Assembly (NCBI GenBank): GCA_009602735.1
Contig: WELA01003606.1
Location: 286,383-306,382 of the forward strand
Source of the DNA: Mesotaenium endlicherianum
Taxonomy: Eukaryota
Direction of reading: 5' to 3'
Length of the DNA stretch: 20,000 bases
Shown here: in pieces, positions 10,266 through 17,885 of the stretch
Layout of the letters: each line of letters begins with the position of its first letter
Numbering within the stretch: position 1 is the stretch's first letter
Notes under the pieces: model-generated
What the model saw: only the letters and a program-made list of their open reading frames with translations
What the model was told of the DNA's origin: nothing
Database searches by the model: none
Translations under genes and position numbers: made by a program

Positions 10266-11009
10266 TGTAAGGTCACAAGTTTATAAAGTGCATTTTTGAG
10301 TTTCATAAAAGTATGTTTTGATTATATAGTAGTGTAGAGTGCATTTTTGTGGTCATTTTGATATGAAGTTAATCGAATTTGGTCAAGTATTGAGAGAGTT
10401 ATGGATTTCTGAAGTTTAATTAGTTTTGAGGTCGGTTGACGACTGTCCTTAATTTGCGGTGAGCGCAACCGTTGGATTGACCGACAGCGTCGAGCGATCT
10501 GGCCTGTTAGAATGAACTCAAACCTTCACGTAAGTTCGGCTGACGCGGAGTGCCGACTAGGTCAATTTACCTAGAAGTTTCGGATTAGCCTAGCGCGTCT
10601 AAGATAGAATATTCTAGTAATGTCGATGCATGTATGTGGACGTCAATTCGGCCCGACACGTCAGATTAGACTGATCTGGCTTACTCACGAATCTTTTGGA
10701 AGGGACAATTTGACGAACACTTCGGAAAATCCGTAGCTTCCTCCTAGAGAGGAGTACTTAAGCAGAAAATTATGAATAGGCATACCTTCTTCATTTCTCA
10801 TCAGTTTTCACTTCTGTAAATTTTTACGGGTTTGTAATGACAAGGTCTTTCATTCCACATCATTTGTGAGCACATTCTTGCTACTCAAAATGTTGAATAA
10901 TTTTCTTAAGCTTTCTTAGTGATATGCTGCTGCACTCTTTAGTATGATTGCAACTAGTTCCTTTCCTCGTGAGTTACTACGCTTCCACTAGGGCACTCTG
11001 CCCCTTTCA
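10266..11009 (+). repeat. Element A 3' LTR
   Basis: Direct repeat of 4501-5244, preceded by the PPT and followed by the TSD copy CCCGC. Confidence 0.97.
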
Positions 11010-12164
11010 CCCGCCTCGCTGTCCTGCTGCAAGCGAAGGACCATCACGAGCGCGCCCGTTCTCGACGTCGCGCTTCTTTTACAGACAAACGATCTGGAGG
11101 TGGCCGACCTTGCCATAGTAGGTGCAATCGCCGGGCTTGCTATTCTGCGCAAGTGTGCAGTTCTGGCGTGAGTGGCCCGACTTTCCGCAAGACCAGCAGG
11201 GGTCACTTGTCGTGGCGGCCATGGAAATGCGGCCACGCGTAATTCCGCGCTGCTGGGTCTGTTGGGGCAGCTGAGAGCGCTGGGGCTGTTGCAGCTGAGG
11301 GTGGCGGGCAGGCGTTGTGTGCATCGTAGAAGATGGCAGCACCGAGGCCTCATGGCGCACGCCTATAGATGCAAGGCCCACACGGTCGCTAATGTTGCTC
11401 CGTGCGGCGGCCAGGCTCTGCTTCTCAACAGAGAGGTAGGTTTGCTACAGCGAATACTCTGAACCGTGGCGGTCGATGTGGGGGACGACAGCCCTCTCCC
11501 TCAGACACGGCTTGAAGGCGCGCAAGAAGATCTTCGCGGCCTCTCGATCGGTGATAGTGCTGACGTCGCGGCGTAGGTGCACCAAGCGGCGATACATCAT
11601 GCGAATCGTTTCGTTCTTGCGTCGAAAGAAGTGGTGTAGCTCGTACACCTTCTCTTCAGTTGCAGCCTGGAACTCTGCCTTGAGGATGATTCAAAAGGCT
11701 TGCATTGGGTCGGCTAGGAGGGTCGCCATTGGTGGGTCACCTACAAGCTCGGTGCGTGTCCGGAGCTTGGCTTCCTTCTCGCAGAAGGTGTCGCGGGCCT
11801 CGTGATAGAGGTAGCGCATAAGCGTGTCGAAGACGTCGTGCTTCGTCAGCGTGGGCGTCTTGAGCTTTGTTGCCGCAAAGTTAGCCTGAAACTCTGAGAT
11901 GGTATCTTCCAGATCACAAGTGCCTGGCCCGTCGCTGAAGCAATCGGCGGACCTGTCAGTCTTGACCTCTTGGTCACCTGCCATAGGATACCAGGAATCT
12001 TAATGAGCCCACTGGGACGGTGGCTCAGAAGCAACTGCCGTGCGCTGGAGCGCGGATTGCTCCTCTTCAGAGGGTTCGGTGATAGTGCTGAGATCTGAGT
12101 CTGAGTCTTCTTCCTTAACCCCTTCGTAGTATGGCTGATAAGAACGCCCACTACAAATAGGCAT
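11010..12164 (-). pseudogene. gag: Element D gag (capsid-like region plus two CCHC knuckles), degenerate
   Basis: One frame from ATG 12164 (MPICSGRSY…) with stops at 12000, 11691, 11445, 11079: DLEDTISEFQ…FFRRKNETIRMMYRRL…CWSCGKSGHSRQNC…CTYYGKVGHLQIVC. Confidence 0.8.
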
Positions 12165-12950
12165 ACGCTAAAGATTCTAATTGCGTGCAGGCAAAGAGAG
12201 ATCTTTTCAGAAGTAAGGAGTGTGTACTCTCCAGAGTGAGCACCTCAAAACTGTAAACTGGTAGGAATACAATTAATGAAGTACGGCCCAAAAGATCACT
12301 GGAAGCACATCATGATCTTCAAAAGTAGTCCTCTGCAAGGGTTTAAGCTGCGACTTTGCTCACCTTTTGTGAAGTTCTTCAAGTGATTGGAAGCCAGTAG
12401 GGCTTGCTCTTCACAAGAGAGTAACTAAGTGGTCCTGAAAACACAAGAGATAAAAGTGTAAGCTTTACTGATAATCTTTGTTACTTACAACTGGCATAAT
12501 GGGACTTCTAAAAAGATGTCTCTTTAGGGACATCTTTAGTACTTATACTCCTAGAAAGCTGGCGTGGTATGCGGCGGATGCAATGCATCTAATCACTCTA
12601 GGAGGCTTTCCTATGTCCACTAATGTGTACAAGGCATGTACTAGCGCTCCTATAGGCTAAGCATAAGTCAAACCAATCAAAGCAAAGCACGTAGAATATG
12701 CTATGGGTCTCTCATTGGTGGAGCTTACCTTGGGTGATTCTACCTAGATAGTGCCTCAAAAGTGAATCTGGAACTTGAGGAAGCTTCCCCTAGGAGTAGG
12801 TGATGCAGGCACCCACTTATAGCCTCAATGATGCACTTATAATATGGAAATGCAAGACTTATGTAGTTTAAGGGGCTCGCGGATTTGTGCGTACAAGCTA
12901 GGGGTCCTCGGGATCACGAAGAGCCAACAATATCACCTTTGGGGACATTG
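12165..12950 (-). other. Probable non-coding leader / LTR part of element D, truncated by element C
   Basis: AT-richer non-coding stretch directly upstream of the D gag ATG, with a minus-strand TATA-like CTATAAG near 12817-12823 and several GT-AG consensus sites. No clear PBS or LTR end found. Confidence 0.45.
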
Positions 12951-13671
12951 TGTAATGAATCATTATATTGGTTGATATAATATTCATTTAAATATAACAG
13001 TTAAATAAGTTCAGTCTGCTGAACTCTAGTTAATAATCAGTTTGCTGGACTTTATATTTAATATCAGTTTAATGACTCAGCCGAAAGCAGAAGGCTGAAG
13101 TCAGCTTAAGTCAGCTTGCTGACACATTCTTTGACAGCCAGCTGACTTCCGTACTCGGTAGCAGCGAACCGCCTCGATATGCATCAAAGTGTGGTATGCT
13201 AGATGAAGCGCTAGATGACATCCCTATGATAGTTGGCGATTCGGGATGATGGGAGATGGCGGTGAATTCGTTAACCGAGGTCCTACCAACGTGGTTAACT
13301 CCCGGGTAGGCAATGCCATCGCACTGGCTGTTGAACAGTAAACTCATTCCATGTACATATGCTACGCATTGCTCTCAAGTTCGGCATTCGAAAACGAGGC
13401 CAACTCTCTTATAACAGCTTACTGAGAGAGATCTGAATTCAAGGCGAGAAGCCATTGATACGCACTATCTTCTAACCTTGCTTATGTATGAGTTTACTGA
13501 TTTGCATTATTGATGCTAGTTTACTTGCATTTGACTTACGAGTATTACTTGCTGCTAGTGTGTTGTCCTTTGCCGTTTAACCAGTTAACGAAAAATACCA
13601 TAAAGATTACTTGCTGATATAAAGATCTTCATTAAATAATAATCGCCTATTTGGTAAGTCGATTTATTTCA
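12951..13671 (+). repeat. Element C 5' LTR (about 721 bp)
   Basis: TGTAAT…ATTTCA imperfect terminal inverted repeat followed by the PBS. The left end is inferred because the partner LTR is outside the window. Confidence 0.7.
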
Positions 13672-13672
13672 G

Positions 13673-13685
13673 TGGTATCAAAGCC
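13673..13685 (+). promoter_or_regulatory. Element C primer-binding site, tRNA-iMet type
   Basis: TGGTATCAAAGCC, 12/13 match to TGGTATCAGAGCC, 1 nt after …TTTCA. Confidence 0.88.
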
Positions 13686-13823
13686 GTTATCACAGTCTTT
13701 TTTGTATGGTAAGAATAAGGTCTGAGGCTAGCAACTCCCGAGACATGGAGAATCAGGATAAACGAGAATGTCAAAAATCAGGCTGAAAGCCATGTAGCGG
13801 GACTCCGTACCTATTCTGAAGCA

Positions 13824-16613
13824 GTGGCAGATACTGCAGCTAGAGAGGCTGCAGATAAGGCAGCTGCTATTTTCGCAGTCGCAGCATACCATGCTGAGGA
13901 GGAGAGAGCCAGATTAGAAGCTGATCAAAAGCAAAGGCCGCTGAAGATACGAAAAGGAGAGAAGGACAGCCAGCTGACGAGCGCACGGTTGAAGAACTTA
14001 TGGCATCAAGGGCCAATGCTCTGAACCCACCTCCTGCCGTACAACTCAATGTACCCCTAGGTCAAATACGTGACCGGCTGAATGCGGCAGGTCTTGCTGC
14101 TGCAAGAGCGAGAGGGACTGTTGAGGACACTACTCAGCGAGTAGATGCCAATGCTGCTGCTGCTTTTGCTAGACTACCACCCCAGAGTGTAGACTTGGGA
14201 GCATTGTTTGTTCAAATGCAGTCGCAAATGGCGATCATGTATCAGTTCGAACAGGAGGACAAAATAATCATAATGTCTATACTGCGGGACAGAGACCAAC
14301 TAGGGTCTCAAACCACTAGTGGTGGTGGCCGAGGGCCTAGTAAGCCCAAGCCGAAACCTCCCCAGGAATATGATCCTGAGGGAAACAGAAAATATTACCT
14401 GATCAAGTTTCTCGCGGATGTTGAGCTGTGGCTGGAGAACTACTCAGAATTGCAAGATTACGAGAAGGTCAGGCACACCGGTGCGCTACTGAAAGGCAGT
14501 GCCGCAGACTGGTGGCTTTAGTGGAAAGGAGAGCGTAAGGCTCGGCAACTCGGTGACCCTACATGGGTAGAGTTTGTCGAGAAGTTGCATGAGAAGTTTG
14601 ATGTCATCAACCAGCAGGAGAAAGCTATCTATGCGATGATCTCCCTCACACTGAAGCAAACCACTTCAGTTGCTGAGTTTGCTCAAAAGTTCCAGGAGAA
14701 CATAATGAAGCAGCCAGACTTGCCAGAACGGTATAGGATAGCATACTTCGGGTATGAATTGAAAGCCGAAGTCTCAGGTCATTTCGCTGAGAAGAAATAT
14801 GAGAAAAAGGCTGACTTCATCCAGGATGCTGATGCCTGGGATCAGCAGCAGTTCAATCACAAGCGCCAGAGTAATGCTTTGGTGTCTAAGGTTGTCAAAA
14901 AGCCCCACGGTTCCTACAATGCAATTGAAGGAGACCTGGCTGAGGATCAGCAGGGTGATGAATATGGGTATGAGTATAATGCTATGCAGTCTAGAGGGAG
15001 AGGTGATTTCTCTCGAGGCGGCTATGGAAGAGGTGGTGGTAAGACTAAGCCGAGACCAGCCTCAGCAAAATCGATTTGCTTCCATTGCCAGCAGCCAGGT
15101 CACTTCAGAGAGCAGTGTCCAGACAAGCACCTCCCAAAAGTCGAGAGAAAAGACAACAACAGTCAATGTGAGGATGCTAGAGATAGTGAGTCGTCACTAG
15201 CTGCCCTCGTAGCAGGTATTATGGGTCCTGCTGAACTGGATTCACTATGCATGCCTGACAACCAGATGAAGGAGACCATCAGCAATATAGACATCCAGAG
15301 AGTGCACACTCTAGATGCTCTTGTTCCACCTGATGTCCAACATTTCTTTGCTAAGTCAGGAGAACAATGCGAAAGTCAGGAAAAGACAGTCCCCCCTATC
15401 CTACTGCATTGCATGATTGCAGGTAGGAAGGTGAGGGCATTTGTTGACGGAGGGGCGTCACATACTTTTATCCACAAGGACTTAGTTAAGCGGCTAAGGC
15501 TGCCTACTGTCACCCAAGGGAATAGAAAAATATTCCTTGGAGATGCCTCAAGTATCCCGGGAGGAGTTATAACCAAGCCTATTGAGGTCCAGTTAGGTTC
15601 TGGCATTGCAGTTCTAACTGAAACGCTTACATTTGAGGTACTCAACACTGGCTTTTATGATCTCGTGCTAGGCAGGTCCTGGCTTAATACACATCAAGCT
15701 GAAGTGTGTTGGAGCAGAGGTACAATTAAAGTGAGAGGAGCCAGTGATGGGCAGACTGACTTGGCACCCACTAGTGCTCTTCCTCTTGTCCTGTATGAAT
15801 GGCAAATGAAGGAAAAGAAGAGGCTTCCAGAAGGATGCAAGTTGCTGAATGCAATGGAGTTCGTCAATAGCTAGAACTAGAAGGAAGACAGAATGTTCCG
15901 TCTGCTGCTAAGAGAGGTACCTCCTTAACCGGAAGAAGTGGTGGAGAAAAAGGTAAGCCCTCCGGAGCACCCTACTGCTGCGAAAATTGTTGCTCAGTAC
16001 ACGGATGTATTTCATATGCCTCAAGAACTACCCCCTAAGCGGGAAGTAGATCATAGGATTGATTTATTACCTGGTAGTCAGCCACCTTGGAAACGCACGT
16101 ATGGCTTGTCTTATGTGGAGAGCGAGAAGTTGAAAACACAGATTGCAGAGCTTGAGGAAAATGGTTATATTTCTCCCAGTAAATCACCTTACGGCGCACC
16201 CATCCTATTTGTTAAGAAAAAGGATGGCAATACGCAGATGTGTGTGGATTATAGAGCCCTGAACAGAATTACGGTAAAGAACAAGTATGCTTTACCCAGA
16301 ATCGAGGACTTGCTTGATACCGAGTCTGGTGCTAAGGTGTTCAGTAAGATAGATCTCAAGAGTGGTTATCATCAAATCAAAATTGCTTAGGGGGTTGAAC
16401 ACAAAACTGCCTTCCGCATACGTTGTGGACACTATGAGTTCAACGTGATGCCATTTGGACTGACTAATGCTCCTGCTACCTTCATGGGTGCTATGAATGA
16501 CATTTTCAGACCTTATTTGGATAAGTTTGTGCAAGTTTTCCTGGATGATATTTTAATTTTCTCTAAAGATGAAGCTCAGCACACTGAACACTCTGAGAAA
16601 AAATCACTTATAT
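13824..16613 (+). pseudogene. gag-pol: Element C gag-pol (capsid, CCHC knuckle, protease, N-terminal RT), degenerate
   Basis: ORFs at 14000, 14585 and 15938 share one frame: KPKPPQEYD…LKGSAADWW, LKQTTSVAEF, CFHCQQPGHFREQC, FVDGGASHTF…[37 protein letters not shown]. Stops at 14519, 15872, 15878, 15926, 16388; frameshift near 13928. Confidence 0.93.
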
Positions 16614-17116
16614 TGTAGTGAAACAGATAGATAAAGTACTTAGTAAAACAGAATACTTTATCTATTCAAGACAAGGATCTTTGAACACAAGTGGTAGCTT
16701 CTTGAAAGAGAGATGGCTTCTTGAAAGTTGATATATTTTTGGATTTTGGCAAGTACAAGAGTGATTCTGGAATGTCTTTCTATGTTCTAGCTCTTGTTTA
16801 TATACTTGCTACATAAGTAATTTCTAGGAAGGTGTATGTTGATGTGTTGGCACCCAACACATCCCAAAACTTGCCACCTCTTTCTAGAATAATGTACACA
16901 TGTCCTTTTGACCTAAAAATGGCACATTTGACTTTTGCCACATGGAGTTCTTCTAGGTCTTTCCTCTAACTTCGAAAATGCCTTGGAAGGTTCAAAGGAC
17001 ATGAACCAAGTTACTAGAGTACCTATTCACACTTGACTCCACACAATACTACTCCAAATATATTTGAAAATAATTAAATATATGCAAACTAATGTATGAT
17101 AATTAAAATCACTACA
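16614..17116 (-). repeat. Element B 3' LTR (503 bp)
   Basis: TGTAGTG…CACTACA; homologous to 9381-9879 (about 22 substitutions plus one 4-bp indel, manual count). Minus-strand TATATAA near 16798-16804. Confidence 0.95.
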
Positions 17117-17119
17117 TCA

Positions 17120-17126
17120 CCCCCCC
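17120..17126 (-). promoter_or_regulatory. Element B polypurine tract (G7)
   Basis: Minus strand reads …CGGGGGGGTGA|TGTAGTG into the LTR. Confidence 0.85.
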
Positions 17127-17149
17127 GATAGAAAAAGCGACGTCTCGGC

Positions 17150-17278
17150 GCGTCAAGTCAGGTCTTACACATGTGGAGCAAACTAGTCAATAGTTTCAAG
17201 TCAGATGCCACACATGTGAAGAGGACTAGTCAAAGGCGCCAAGACAGGTGCTACACATGTAAGGTAGAGTAGGCAAGG
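17150..17278. repeat. 43-bp tandem repeat x3 next to element B's PPT
   Basis: Units start at 17150, 17193 and 17236; each has CAAG(T/A)CAG…ACACATGT…TAG(T/G)CAA. Confidence 0.85.
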
Positions 17279-17885
17279 TCGTAGGTGGTGTGACCTTATT
17301 GGCTAGCCTACTCCTTAATGATAAAAAAAATTGTACAAGTTGGCCCAGAATCTACCACGAACTCAAAAATTCATAGCGGCCACAGGATTGCTCCAAATCT
17401 AAAAATTCAAGTGCCAGACGGACCGCGTTGGAGAACGCTACCAGGTCACCAAATTTGAGACCATTCGAAATTCTGAAGTGTCGTTGAGAGCTGAGAGAGT
17501 AGGCACTCCTCCAAATCTGTGCAGAAACTTCTGAAAATCAGAAGTCCTTCTATAGTTCTCTAAATTCTGCAAAGTAAGTCTCAAGATGGGCGCTGTAAGA
17601 TGTCCTACCAGAGTCTTGAGTTTCAGAGCATTCCAAGTTCAGGGGAGGGCACAATGTCAGATGGCATATTCTGCCTTCACAAAGCCAGCAGCCTGACCCC
17701 CTTCTACTTAGCGCATCATATCTCTCTCACCAGTGCTCCAAATTGAGCAAACTTGGACTCTAAATGACCGGCTACTCATGGACTACAGCCAGGTAAGTTT
17801 TCAGAATTTGTTATGCAGAGACCTATCACCAGTAACAGTTTTAGTTTTCTGTCTAGAAACTGCATGAAGGGAAAAGTGTCTAATG

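Larger units (their letters stand above)
6188..10299 (+). pseudogene. pol: Element A pol: protease, RT, RNase H, integrase (HHCC, DDE, GPF), chromodomain; interrupted by solo LTR B
   Basis: MVDSGASANF…[63 protein letters not shown]…CDACQR; VSDRDPRF, QTDGQSER; RFTG|PFVV; YLVKWKGY…NTWE. Stops at 6623, 9157, 10075; frameshift near 8620. The frame ends inside the 3' LTR. Confidence 0.95.
4501..11009 (+). mobile_element. Element A: full-length Ty3/Gypsy chromovirus LTR retrotransposon, decayed
   Basis: Two 744-bp TG…CA LTRs, PBS, PPT, domain order Gag-PR-RT-RNaseH-IN-chromodomain. TSD CCCAC (4496-4500) / CCCGC (11010-11014). Confidence 0.97.
12951..16613 (+). mobile_element. Element C: Ty3/Gypsy LTR retrotransposon, 5' part, interrupted in RT by element B
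   Basis: LTR-like block, iMet PBS, Gag-PR-RT in order. RT breaks off at …LRKNHLY directly before the family-B LTR. Confidence 0.92.

Noticed and set aside
11981..11993. Minus-strand TGGTATC as element D's primer-binding site
   Set aside because: Only 7 nt match iMet, it is not preceded by an LTR-ending CA, and it lies inside the Gag frame starting at 12164 (codons for W-Y-P).
12151..12243. Additional intron ending in TTTGTAG at 12151
   Set aside because: The putative acceptor lies within the in-frame Gag start ATG CCT ATT TGT AGT GGG (MPICSG, probably MPIRSG originally), which is the simpler reading.
13111..13347. 78-aa antisense ORF in the element C LTR
   Set aside because: Short, with no recognisable motif, and inside an LTR.
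17150..17278. CRISPR-like array
   Set aside because: The units are contiguous degenerate tandem copies without unique spacers, in a eukaryotic retrotransposon with no cas genes.
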